From NCBI GenBank assembly GCA_963800805.1, contig CAWDCK010000014.1, positions 18,170 to 82,169 of the forward strand: DNA of 64,000 bases. The letters are read 5' to 3'. Source of the stretch: an uncultured Armatimonadetes bacterium. GTDB taxonomy: Bacteria; Armatimonadota; Fimbriimonadia; Fimbriimonadales; Fimbriimonadaceae. The translations under genes were made by a program, and so were the position numbers. The notes beneath the pieces were generated by a model. The model worked only from the letters and a program-made list of their open reading frames with translations. It was not told where the DNA came from and ran no database searches. Every line of letters starts with the position of its first letter. Positions within the stretch are counted from its first letter, which is position 1. Positions 47,060 to 56,392 of this stretch are shown here, one piece after another.

Positions 47060-48325
47060 ATGAAGTGGCGCGCATTCTTTCCGCTCCTGGCTATTTTGGC
47101 CCTCTCTAGCATTGGTTTTGCCCAGGAATCAAATTCCGGACAAGCCACACCACCCGAAAAGCCAGCTCTAACGGCTGAATTAAAAGCCGAAATTATCGCT
47201 GGAATTACGGAAATTGTTGATAAACGTGCTTTTGTCCCAGGATTAGATTTTAAGAAATGGAACGAGCTGATTATCAAACATCAATCTAATTTTGATAATG
47301 CAAAAGATGAAAACCAGTTTGTTGGAGCCGTAAACAGAGCCCTTCGTGAATTCGGAATTTCCCATGTAGGATTAAGAACTCCCCGTTCAGCCGCCGCTCG
47401 TCAAGGATCAGGTGTAACGGTTACTGGACACGGTTTGACGGCTGAAAAAACTCCAAAAGGATTAAAAGTCACAAGCATCATTGCGCAAAGTCCAGCTGAA
47501 AACGCCGGCTTAAAAGCCGGTGACCTGATTGTATCAATCAACGGCCAACCAGCAGAAGATGCAAACAGCATTCCCGTCAGTGATGGCGCACCTGTGACTT
47601 TAACCATCATCAATACAGAAGGAAAGGAACTCACCATTCCGCTAGTTGCAAAACAATTTGTAACTGCGACAACCGATGAACTGACTTGGATTGACTCGGA
47701 TACTGCTCTAATTCGAATTCGAAGCTTTAGTAAAGGCTACGAGCGAAGCAATATCGAAAAAATGGTCACCGAGGCCAGCAAAGGTAAGCGAATCATAGTT
47801 GATTTGAGAAACAATGGCGGTGGAGCCGTTTCAAACTTAGGACATCTCCTAGGACTCTTTATTGATTCAGAAAAGCCCGTTGGAACCTTCGTGAATAGAC
47901 AAAATGAACAAAAATATCTAGTAGAAACTAAAGATAAAGAACCCTCCGTCATCAAAATTGCGGACTGGCTGACACAAAAATTTCGACCTTATAAAAACCG
48001 TAATGTCAAAGATGTCTATTCCGGAAAAGTTGCCGTTCTAGTCAATCGAGGCTCTGCCAGTGCAAGCGAAATCTTTGCCGCTGCAATGCAAGATGTAGTC
48101 AGTGCAAAAGTTATCGGAAGCGCAACTCGGGGTGCAGTATTGGCTTCAACATACGGAAAGCTTCCCGGGGGATACGAGCTTCAATTCCCAGTCAGCGACT
48201 ATGTGACAATCAAGGGTATTCGGTTAGAAGGAAACCCTGTTAAACCCGATATCGAAGCATCCGGTAAAGATGTCACCGGACAAGATGCTGCAATTGCTGC
48301 TGCAATTAAGGCTACTTCAAACTAA
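47060..48325 (+). CDS. S41 family C-terminal processing peptidase with PDZ domain
   Basis: Signal peptide from ATG 47060, PDZ (SPAENAGLKAGD), DLRNNGGG and SASASEIF motifs. Confidence 0.88.
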   Translation: MKWRAFFPLLAILALSSIGFAQESNSGQATPPEKPALTAELKAEIIAGITEIVDKRAFVPGLDFKKWNELIIKHQSNFDNAKDENQFVGAVNRALREFGISHVGLRTPRSAAARQGSGVTVTGHGLTAEKTPKGLKVTSIIAQSPAENAGLKAGDLIVSINGQPAEDANSIPVSDGAPVTLTIINTEGKELTIPLVAKQFVTATTDELTWIDSDTALIRIRSFSKGYERSNIEKMVTEASKGKRIIVDLRNNGGGAVSNLGHLLGLFIDSEKPVGTFVNRQNEQKYLVETKDKEPSVIKIADWLTQKFRPYKNRNVKDVYSGKVAVLVNRGSASASEIFAAAMQDVVSAKVIGSATRGAVLASTYGKLPGGYELQFPVSDYVTIKGIRLEGNPVKPDIEASGKDVTGQDAAIAAAIKATSN

Positions 48326-48365
48326 AAATATCGCCAAACATTACAAAAGAAATCCTTTTCTATTT

Positions 48366-49115
48366 TTAGAAAGGGATTTCTTTTTCAACTGATTTCAATC
48401 CAAAAACTTCAACATCTACACCCGGAGAAAAGTGAGCATAGTCGGGTGTACCCGAAACTAAAATTCCAGAAGAATGAACCAATTCATCTTGAATACTTAA
48501 GACTTGAGCTCTTGAGATCCTATAAGGATCATGGAATACTCTGCCAACAAACAACCGATTCCCTTTTTTAGAAAACAACGCATATCGCTCTACAAACCAA
48601 AACTCCAAACTCCCCACCTCCGCCAAATACGGTTCTTCAAAGACTTTTGATTCCAGATCCGAGTTAATCTTTGTTCCTTTCCGTTGAGATAGATACTGAA
48701 TCGAATCATCCAAAAAACTCAGGTGCATTGTGGACCAAAAATACGGAAGCCCAAACCAAAACCTGGCTATCTTGACTGCAACTAAGTTTGCCGCCTCTAA
48801 ACTCAAAAAATAGACTCCAGGAGTACCACTTGAATCCAAAACATAAACCCGAACATTTGTTTCATGAAAAGCATTAAAGCCGGGAACCATTGGCAAACCT
48901 CGTAATCGAATTCCAGACATTGTAAATGGAACCAAGCCAACATATGTTTTTCCATCAAATGTATCAACTTTAAGTTCGGGTGGAATCAGTTTTTCAATTT
49001 CGCTTGGATCAACCTCCCAATGGAGGAAAGTCAAGTCCGACCATCTCTGATACATCACTGGAGGGCCAACCGGACGGGATCGCACCTTCAAGCGGTCAAT
49101 ATCAGCACCAATCAC
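48366..49115 (-). CDS. YqjF/DUF2071 family protein
   Basis: MYQRWSDLTFLHW, FHETNVRVYV, GVYFLSLEA and FVERY motifs. Confidence 0.85.
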   Translation of the reverse strand: MIGADIDRLKVRSRPVGPPVMYQRWSDLTFLHWEVDPSEIEKLIPPELKVDTFDGKTYVGLVPFTMSGIRLRGLPMVPGFNAFHETNVRVYVLDSSGTPGVYFLSLEAANLVAVKIARFWFGLPYFWSTMHLSFLDDSIQYLSQRKGTKINSDLESKVFEEPYLAEVGSLEFWFVERYALFSKKGNRLFVGRVFHDPYRISRAQVLSIQDELVHSSGILVSGTPDYAHFSPGVDVEVFGLKSVEKEIPF

Positions 49116-49118
49116 TCC

Positions 49119-49520
49119 CTAATCAACCTCAGGATAACGATTATCCAACCCGCAAGCCACCCCACCAAAGAACCATTTACTGATCAACCCTCTGTTCCTA
49201 GCGACCATCCAGTAACCACAACGAATTGGCCATATCAAGGGAGAAACTCTCAAAAATTTGGCAAACCACCCCCAACCAAGTCTTTCCATGATAAACAAAA
49301 TCCCATCTGCACCATTAAATTGTCTGCCATCATTACTGATAACAATGACTTGGCGCTTTGCAAGTTCAAAAATCTCATCTGTCATTGGCGGCCGAGGTGT
49401 ATTTTGATATGTGACAATTTGAAAATTGCGGGCTTTATCTTTACGGCGCACCATTTTTGCCGATGCGGAACATAGTCCACATTCTCCATCCCATATCATC
49501 CAATGGCGCTGATTGCTCAT
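49119..49520 (-). CDS. DCC1-like thiol-disulfide oxidoreductase (DUF393)
   Basis: WDGECGLC (DxxCxxC) motif and YWMVARNR. Confidence 0.85.
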   Translation of the reverse strand: MSNQRHWMIWDGECGLCSASAKMVRRKDKARNFQIVTYQNTPRPPMTDEIFELAKRQVIVISNDGRQFNGADGILFIMERLGWGWFAKFLRVSPLIWPIRCGYWMVARNRGLISKWFFGGVACGLDNRYPEVD

Positions 49521-49549
49521 CTACATATCATTCTAACGCTATTCATTTA

Positions 49550-50404
49550 TCACTGTGTTGACGACATGAAACTAAAGACTTTCTCTATCCTCGAGAAAAG
49601 CTGATCTCGAAATTGCTTTTCTGCCTCCCATTCGAGTATCGCTTCTTCGACTTGAACTGGCTGTAATACAACTCGATCTGTCGGCTTCAATTGCCCTAAC
49701 TTCCATTGGTCAGATCTTGCGATAGAACCGATTTTTTCATATCCCCCAATTGTTGGACCATCAACTCCGTGAATGAGAATTGTGCCGTCCGGAGTTAACT
49801 GAACAATTCCCGGCCCACTGGCTTCGCTCACTCCTGCCGCCGAGACTCCATCTAAGTTCGATTTCACCCGAATACCCATCCGACTCGTCATGGTGACTTC
49901 TCCAATCACTTCTGCAAAATCAAACCGAGGAATCCATTTCAAGTGTCGCAGGTCAAACTCAATTTGCTCGGCTATGCGCCAATTTCCAATTTGTTTTTGC
50001 TGGAAACCAAAATCATATTGATCTCCTGCTCTCATTGGCTGAGTCGGAGCTTCTTTCTCGACGGTAATCCCTGCCAAATATGCAGTTCCAACTACCGATT
50101 CAAACTGAACAGTTTGGCCCGCCTTTAACGAAACTCGACTAAAACCGTGTTGAAACTCGCCATCTAATTCAAATCCTCCTTTCCAACACCCAATACCAAT
50201 AACTCCATGGGAATCAGATCGAAACTTGCAAGGCCCACTGATTTCCAAAACGATTCCATCTCGCAACCCCGCAAGTCCAAGAGCAATTCCCGCCAGTTTT
50301 TCATCCGCTGGCCCTCCGGCTGGAAACCCCAAATGCCGAAATCCTGAACAGCCAGGGTGAACGACACGATTGATTTGAAAAGTAGATTCAACAATTAAAC
50401 TCAA
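49550..50404 (-). CDS. pxpC: 5-oxoprolinase subunit C (allophanate hydrolase subunit 2-like)
   Basis: HLGFPAGGPAD, SRMGIR, VQLTPDG and DGPTIGGYEKIG motifs; in an operon with pxpA and pxpB. Confidence 0.82.
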   Translation of the reverse strand: MSLIVESTFQINRVVHPGCSGFRHLGFPAGGPADEKLAGIALGLAGLRDGIVLEISGPCKFRSDSHGVIGIGCWKGGFELDGEFQHGFSRVSLKAGQTVQFESVVGTAYLAGITVEKEAPTQPMRAGDQYDFGFQQKQIGNWRIAEQIEFDLRHLKWIPRFDFAEVIGEVTMTSRMGIRVKSNLDGVSAAGVSEASGPGIVQLTPDGTILIHGVDGPTIGGYEKIGSIARSDQWKLGQLKPTDRVVLQPVQVEEAILEWEAEKQFRDQLFSRIEKVFSFMSSTQ

Positions 50405-51078
50405 TAACCAACCTCGTATCCCGCGGACTCCAATCCAGCCCGGACAGCTTTTATCGTGTCCACACAGTCACTTTCATCCCCATGTAAACAAATGCTATCC
50501 ACTTTCGGTGCCAGATGCAACGCTTGTTCCACCTTTTCCGAAATCGATTTCAACATCGCATTAGGTTCCGTCCGTGGAAGTAACGAGCCATCGATTTGAT
50601 ACCGACGATCAGCAAAGCCTTCTGTTATAAACGGAACTCCAACTGTTTCAGCAATTGTTTTGTGAAAACTATCGGATAATCCCATTAGTGGCCTTCGATG
50701 ACGAACCAGTAATGCGACTAAAGCACTTCCGGCAAAACCATGTCCAACGGCCGATTCACTATAAAAAGCACCATGCGGCTTAATATAATCTAAGCGCGCA
50801 TTCCAAGAGGAAAATTGCCTAATCACGCTGGCCAGCAAATCACCTTCCAATCCAGAATCCTCAAAATTTCGACGCCCAAACCCTTCTCGATCCGGGTATC
50901 CAGGGTGCCCCCCAATTCGCAGACCTTTCTTTCCAGCAATAGATGAAATTGATTGCGTAATTTCAATTGAACCAGCATGAAACCCAGTACAGATATTAAC
51001 ACTTGTAGCATATTGCATCAGTTCTATATCCCACTCATAGCCTTCTGCAATATCAACATTTAAGTCAATTTTCTTCAA
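50401..51078 (-). CDS. pxpA: 5-oxoprolinase subunit A (LamB/YcsF)
   Basis: IDLNVDIAEG, NICTGFHAG, GHPGYPDREGFGRR, IKPHGAFY and ICLHGD motifs. Confidence 0.92.
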   Translation of the reverse strand: MKKIDLNVDIAEGYEWDIELMQYATSVNICTGFHAGSIEITQSISSIAGKKGLRIGGHPGYPDREGFGRRNFEDSGLEGDLLASVIRQFSSWNARLDYIKPHGAFYSESAVGHGFAGSALVALLVRHRRPLMGLSDSFHKTIAETVGVPFITEGFADRRYQIDGSLLPRTEPNAMLKSISEKVEQALHLAPKVDSICLHGDESDCVDTIKAVRAGLESAGYEVGY

Positions 51079-51727
51079 CAGTTACACTCCTCTTACCAAA
51101 TCTTGCTGCAAATTCGATTTCTGAAATGGCTTCAAAGATAACTTTATCACCCACATTTATCTCGCAAGTTGGAGGCTCTAAAGTCATAAGCTTATGGGGA
51201 GATCGACCAATGAGCCACCATCCACCTGGCGTCTCCTGAGGATAAATTCCAACCTGTCGTCCCGAAATTCCTACCGACCCCGATGGCACCGAACTTCGAG
51301 GAGTAGCGCGCCGTTCCAACTGCGATAATTCATTGGGCAAATACCCCAGATATGGAAATCCAGGAGAAAAACCAATTGCATAGCATTCAAACGTAATCGA
51401 TTGAAATCGCTCAATGAAATCCTCTTTCTCCATGTTAAATACCCTTAATGCCTCAACGAAATCTAAACCTAATTCAAAGCAAATTTCTAAATGAATTATC
51501 CGCTCTTTTTGCTGGAAATAGTTGTTTTTTTTGCAGACAATTTGTAGTATTTCAATAATTTCTTCAACATTGATTGCGTCTACAATTACTCCAACTGATC
51601 TGTAGCTGGGAATGACGTCAATAACACCTTTAATTTCTTCCCTTCGTATAGAATCTGCAATCATCGCTGCCGAACATTCAAAATCTCGTAAAATCAAAAG
51701 AGATTCGCCAATTCGGTCAATCGTCAT
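51065..51727 (-). CDS. pxpB: 5-oxoprolinase subunit B
   Basis: IGFSPGFPYLG, PRSSVPSGSVGI and YPQETPGGWWLIGR motifs. Confidence 0.9.
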   Translation of the reverse strand: MTIDRIGESLLILRDFECSAAMIADSIRREEIKGVIDVIPSYRSVGVIVDAINVEEIIEILQIVCKKNNYFQQKERIIHLEICFELGLDFVEALRVFNMEKEDFIERFQSITFECYAIGFSPGFPYLGYLPNELSQLERRATPRSSVPSGSVGISGRQVGIYPQETPGGWWLIGRSPHKLMTLEPPTCEINVGDKVIFEAISEIEFAARFGKRSVTVEEN

Positions 51728-51744
51728 AAATACAGCATATCCCC

Positions 51745-52191
51745 ATGTCTCAAAATCTTAAAAACACATTGAAAATTGTTCTCGGACCAAAATCCCAAAT
51801 TCCCTCATATGCAACATCCGGGTCTGCCGGAATGGACCTCCGATCCACTGAATCTGTAACTCTGAACCCTGGCGAACGCAGACTGGTGCCAACCGGATTA
51901 AAGATTGCAATCCCTCACGGATTTGAGGCGCAAATCAGACCAAGATCTGGCCTTGCCCTTAAACACGGAATCTCAATGGTAAACACTCCCGGAACAATCG
52001 ATTCCGACTACAGAGGAGAGGTTGGAGTGATTCTGATCAATTTAGGTCAGTTTACGGTTACACTAGTTGAAGGCGAAAGAATCGCCCAAATGGTGATCTG
52101 TCCCATCGAACAAGTTAACATTGAAGTCGTCAAAGTATTGGACGAAACAGATCGAGGAGATGGTGGCTTTGGAAGCACAGGAATCAAATAG
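51745..52191 (+). CDS. dut: dUTP diphosphatase
   Basis: [20 protein letters not shown] and [10 protein letters not shown] motifs. Confidence 0.97.
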   Translation: MSQNLKNTLKIVLGPKSQIPSYATSGSAGMDLRSTESVTLNPGERRLVPTGLKIAIPHGFEAQIRPRSGLALKHGISMVNTPGTIDSDYRGEVGVILINLGQFTVTLVEGERIAQMVICPIEQVNIEVVKVLDETDRGDGGFGSTGIK

Positions 52192-53257
52192 CAATAAAAT
52201 CAATTGTCCCGCATGTCAAGCATCAAATGCCAAAAAGGCAAAAGTTTGTGCAGTTTGCGGAACGCCCCTTCATGTTCCCAAAGGAGAAATGGATTCCGCC
52301 ATTTACCAAGATCTAGGGCGAGCAAACCTATATCGAATGAGGGGACAAACTAAAGAAGCCATTGATTTATGTCTTTCCATTTTAAGAAAAGCTCCCAATA
52401 ATATAACGGCTCACTCGCTACTCGGAGATATCTATTACGATCAAGATGACCTCCGACAAGCCGCCGAATGGTACGAACTAGCTAGCCAACTCGATCCAAC
52501 AGCAGAAAGAGAAAAGCAACTTCTCGAAAGGATTCGCAATCGAATTGAATCTAGCGACCATCTACAAACCCTGGAACAACTTGGAGTTCAAGAATCTGCC
52601 CCTCCCGTTCGCCGATATCTTTACGGTGGAATTGCCCTGATCGTGGTTGTTGGAGTTCTCGCATTTTTTGCGGGGAATGCGGTTCAGCCAAATTCAATGG
52701 CAAACAAACCCTTAGTCAATCCAATTACAGTTCCGCAAAATCCAAATGCAAGTCAATTGGAACCAAATGTCGTTGTCGATTCAAGCGAGCGCAACAGTAT
52801 TGCCAATGATATGGAAACTCTTGCCCTCCTAAAGCAAGGACAAAGAAAAGATTTCCTTCTTGATGCAATTCAAATTGTCGATACTGAAGAAATCATCATG
52901 ACTGTGCGTTTCGATTCAACCTATCCGGCATCAGTCAATGCTCTTTTTGCCGCCTCCGATGTTTTCACACTTCGGCCAAATACAATGGCGGCTACCATCC
53001 GCGTTATCAAAGACCAACGAATCTATTTCAGCGGACAAGTCACCCGTCAAGCATACGACGAGGCTCAAGCCCTTTCATCTCAATCAGATCCAAATTTCGA
53101 AACGATTGCTGCTCAAGCCTTTCCAACTGCGTTCAATGCGAGTCCCACAAATGTAACCGTCCCCCCGCCGGTAGCAAATTCAAATACAACCGAAGCGACC
53201 AAAGAGGAAACTCCAACAAAAGAAACTACGCCCAAATTAAATCAGGACGGAGAATAA
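52160..53257 (+). CDS. Zinc-ribbon + TPR + TM protein
   Basis: CPAC...CAVC, TPR-like [10 protein letters not shown]...[13 protein letters not shown], and a TM helix. The start is set at ATG 52160 after GAGGAG. Confidence 0.75.
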   Translation: MVALEAQESNSNKINCPACQASNAKKAKVCAVCGTPLHVPKGEMDSAIYQDLGRANLYRMRGQTKEAIDLCLSILRKAPNNITAHSLLGDIYYDQDDLRQAAEWYELASQLDPTAEREKQLLERIRNRIESSDHLQTLEQLGVQESAPPVRRYLYGGIALIVVVGVLAFFAGNAVQPNSMANKPLVNPITVPQNPNASQLEPNVVVDSSERNSIANDMETLALLKQGQRKDFLLDAIQIVDTEEIIMTVRFDSTYPASVNALFAASDVFTLRPNTMAATIRVIKDQRIYFSGQVTRQAYDEAQALSSQSDPNFETIAAQAFPTAFNASPTNVTVPPPVANSNTTEATKEETPTKETTPKLNQDGE

Positions 53258-54515
53258 TTGTCTGAGTGCGCTCTGGTCCAATACTAAGAATTGCGGCCGG
53301 TACCCCTGTGAATTCTTCGACAAACCGAACGTAATCCTGAACCGATTTCGGCAAATCTTCCCATTTCTTTGCGCCTGAAATATCTTCAGTCCAACCAGAT
53401 AAAGTAGTCGTACCTGCAGAAACTTTCGACCAATCATCGGCGGAATAAGGCATCGAATCACATATCTGTCCATCAACACTGTAAGAAGTGGCCACATCTA
53501 AATCTCCAACTCCAGCCAAAACATCTAACCGAGTTAAAATAAGACCACTCATCGAGTTAATCCGACAAGAGTGACGCAAAGCTACCAAATCAAGCCATCC
53601 GCAACGCCTCGGCCGCCCCGTTGTCGTCCCATATTCGTGCCCCTGATCTCGGATCTGCTGTCCTATAGAATTATCCAGTTCCGTGGGAAATGGACCTTCG
53701 CCAACTCGCGTTGTATAAGCCTTCGCCACTCCCAAAACATTGTTGATATCTCGCGGCCCAATTCCGGTTCCTAAGCAAGCACCACCCGCAATTGGATGAG
53801 AGCTCGTAACGTAAGGATACGTCCCATGATCTAAGTCTAAAAACGCGCCTTGTGCTCCTTCAAAAAGAACTTTTTTTCCGGCAATCACGGCTTCTTGCAA
53901 TGCCAATTCGCCATCCTTAACAAATGGGCGAATTCGATCAGCATAGGACGAATATTCTTGGAAAATAGCATCAAAGTCCATTTCCTTTCCACCGAGCAAA
54001 ACCATAAGCCGATTCTTAAATTCAAGAACCGTTTTCAATCTTTCCGCAAAGATCTCAGGATCAACGAACTCACCCATTCGTATTCCGAGTCTCTGAACCT
54101 TGTCGGTATACATAGGGCCAATTCCTCGACTAGTTGTTCCAATTTTGTTAGAACCTCGCGCCGATTCTTCTAGTACATCGAGTTCTTTATGATAAGGAAA
54201 CACAACGTGGGCCGCCGGGCTAATTCTAAGCTCTCCCAGCTCAGATTGAATTTCAAGCGTTCGATCAAGTTCTTCAAGCAAACTCTTTGGACAAATGGCC
54301 ATGCCTCCGCCAAGAATAGACAATGCATCAGGATGCAATATCCCAGCCGGAAGCAAATGAAATTTAAAGGTTTGGTTTCCAATAATAACGGTGTGCCCCG
54401 CATTATTTCCCCCGCTATACCGAACAACAATCTCAGCTTCATGACCGAGTACATCAACCATTTTCCCCTTAGCTTCATCTCCCCATTGAGCTCCAACAAT
54501 TACTAGCGTAGACAT
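53226..54515 (-). CDS. purA: Adenylosuccinate synthetase
   Basis: QWGDEAKGK, GGNNAGHT, EGAQG, YPYVTSS and GTTTGRPRRCGWLD motifs. Confidence 0.97.
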   Translation of the reverse strand: MSTLVIVGAQWGDEAKGKMVDVLGHEAEIVVRYSGGNNAGHTVIIGNQTFKFHLLPAGILHPDALSILGGGMAICPKSLLEELDRTLEIQSELGELRISPAAHVVFPYHKELDVLEESARGSNKIGTTSRGIGPMYTDKVQRLGIRMGEFVDPEIFAERLKTVLEFKNRLMVLLGGKEMDFDAIFQEYSSYADRIRPFVKDGELALQEAVIAGKKVLFEGAQGAFLDLDHGTYPYVTSSHPIAGGACLGTGIGPRDINNVLGVAKAYTTRVGEGPFPTELDNSIGQQIRDQGHEYGTTTGRPRRCGWLDLVALRHSCRINSMSGLILTRLDVLAGVGDLDVATSYSVDGQICDSMPYSADDWSKVSAGTTTLSGWTEDISGAKKWEDLPKSVQDYVRFVEEFTGVPAAILSIGPERTQTIILRPDLIWA

Positions 54516-54551
54516 TTTTATTTTTAAGTCCTCTCAAAATTCGCACCGTGC

Positions 54552-54636
54552 AAAAACAAAAAAGCCGGCGGTTCCTTTTGACCTCATGGCTCGAGGATCC
54601 GCCGGCTGTTACACCGATAAGCCTTATCTCGACTCA
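54552..54636 (-). ncRNA. Candidate cis-regulatory leader RNA with intrinsic terminator upstream of purA
   Basis: Minus strand GAGUCGAGAUAAGGCUUAUCGGUGUAAC-AGCCGGCGG-AUCCUCGAGCCAUGAGGUCAAAAGGAA-CCGCCGGCU-UUUUUGUUUUU, directly downstream of an extended -10. Confidence 0.55.
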
Positions 54637-54640
54637 GATT

Positions 54641-54649
54641 ATTATATCA
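54641..54649 (-). promoter_or_regulatory. Extended -10 promoter element (TGnTATAAT) for the purA leader
   Basis: Minus strand TGATATAAT, a perfect sigma70 extended -10. Confidence 0.6.
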
Positions 54650-54728
54650 TTTTGATGACTGAAACACGATCAGTCCCAACTTTAAGAAATGTGTTTTTCG
54701 CCACTTTTTTTGACCATCTGAGTATTAT

Positions 54729-55193
54729 TTGAGCATGATCGTTGAAAAGGTTTGGCTACCAGAAGTTAAATATTATTGTGTTTTCCACAACGGACCCTAT
54801 CCCAAAATTGAAACTGCATTTCACAAATTGTTTCAGTTTGCAAATAAGCATAACTTGCCAACCGAAAATTCAATTGGAATCTTTTACGACGACCCTAACA
54901 ACACTCCTGCCGAAGAACTCAAATCTCATGCTGGCATTCCGGTAAACAGCGACCAAGTTTTATCCTCACCCGATATTGAAATCATTTCAATTCCGGAAGG
55001 CAATTATTTTAAAACCACTCACATGGGCCCCTATAGTGGGCTTTTTGATACGTGGCAAACATTTATGGTCGAAACGTCTCAATCAATAGATGAACCTGAC
55101 TACCAATGGACTTTTGAAATCTATGTTAACGATTGCGAATCGGTTCCAGAAAACCAAATTCAAACCGAACTCTATTGTCGAATAAAAGACTAG
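54729..55193 (+). CDS. GyrI-like small-molecule binding domain protein
   Basis: HNGPYPKI, IGIFYDDP, HMGPYSGL and FEIYVND motifs. Confidence 0.85.
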   Translation: MSMIVEKVWLPEVKYYCVFHNGPYPKIETAFHKLFQFANKHNLPTENSIGIFYDDPNNTPAEELKSHAGIPVNSDQVLSSPDIEIISIPEGNYFKTTHMGPYSGLFDTWQTFMVETSQSIDEPDYQWTFEIYVNDCESVPENQIQTELYCRIKD

Positions 55194-56308
55194 CTTTTTG
55201 AAATTCGATTTCTTCGCCGGAGTGCCGCCAAAGCTGCAACGCCTAGCAAAGTCAAAGTCGCTGGCTCAGGTACTGCATCGTATTTTAAATCCGCAAAAAC
55301 TGGCAAATGTCCACCATTGATACCGGCCACATCGATGAGTGATTGAGCAATTGAGCTACCAACCATGCCATTTCCTGTAGTTGTCAAAGCTGCGTCAAAG
55401 CTCGTTCCATCATTCCCCCACACTCGATAACTGTGGTTAGCATCGTTCCAGGTCGATGTGCTGTAGCTTGTGCCAAACGCACCCAAATAGTCTGTTCCAA
55501 TTCCATCGCCTAAGCCTCCTCCCATCATGATCATGTCAAGTCGATCATCCATCCCGCCAGCTCCCGAAGGGTCTTGCGTATGAACAAACCGATAGTTAGC
55601 ATTGTTATTCCAAGAACCTAATGTATTGATAGGATCAAAAAACTGACCGCGAGAATTGGATCCTGCATTTGAAAGAGTGCCAAACGCACTTTGGCTCGAT
55701 GTCTGCCAGTTGAAATCTCCCAAAACCATAATCTGATGATCTGCCGCCAGGCTGTTTGCATTAGCGCGAATCGCCTGCGCTTCAATTTGTCGCCGATTTT
55801 GATCGTCAGAACTTGAACCAGATTTCATATGAACGTTGTACACGCTCATGACTTCATTCGCCGAAGAATTGCCATTGATCTTAAAATCAAATCGCCAACT
55901 ATCTCTGGGGTTTGCAGAGGTTCCCCCGGCACCTAATACTAATGTTGGCGCGAGAGCAGTGACTTTGCCCGTGCGGAAAAACATCGCTGTATCACTTGTT
56001 GAATTTGTTCCAGTCAACGAACCATACATGACATCCCAGTCACCAGTACTTCCAGATGCGGAATTCATTACGCTCTTCAAAGTATTGGCCGCCGAAACAG
56101 ATTGAATTTCTTGTGCAAACAACACATCTGGCGAAAAACTCCGACCCTGAAACTGGCCAAATATTGAATTTTGAATTTCTGCCGCTCGGTTTGAACCCGT
56201 ATAACTAGAGATATTCCAAGTGCCAATACGCAAATTGTCCGCTGATGCCAATGCCGAAACTAAACAGAGCCCAATAACACTGCTATTTCGAAGAAATACA
56301 AAATTCAC
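55190..56308 (-). CDS. PEP-CTERM protein with endonuclease/exonuclease/phosphatase (EEP) domain
   Basis: Signal peptide, IGTWNI, FAQEI, HMKSG, LGDFN, RLDMI, HLPVFADL and VPEPATLTLLG...RRRNR. Confidence 0.88.
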   Translation of the reverse strand: MNFVFLRNSSVIGLCLVSALASADNLRIGTWNISSYTGSNRAAEIQNSIFGQFQGRSFSPDVLFAQEIQSVSAANTLKSVMNSASGSTGDWDVMYGSLTGTNSTSDTAMFFRTGKVTALAPTLVLGAGGTSANPRDSWRFDFKINGNSSANEVMSVYNVHMKSGSSSDDQNRRQIEAQAIRANANSLAADHQIMVLGDFNWQTSSQSAFGTLSNAGSNSRGQFFDPINTLGSWNNNANYRFVHTQDPSGAGGMDDRLDMIMMGGGLGDGIGTDYLGAFGTSYSTSTWNDANHSYRVWGNDGTSFDAALTTTGNGMVGSSIAQSLIDVAGINGGHLPVFADLKYDAVPEPATLTLLGVAALAALRRRNRISKS

Positions 56309-56392
56309 GAATTGAGTTTAGTGAATATCCCTCTCAGCCACTCGGGAAATTACGGGTCAAATTACTAGGTTTTCGTAAAGATTTACAAGAGC

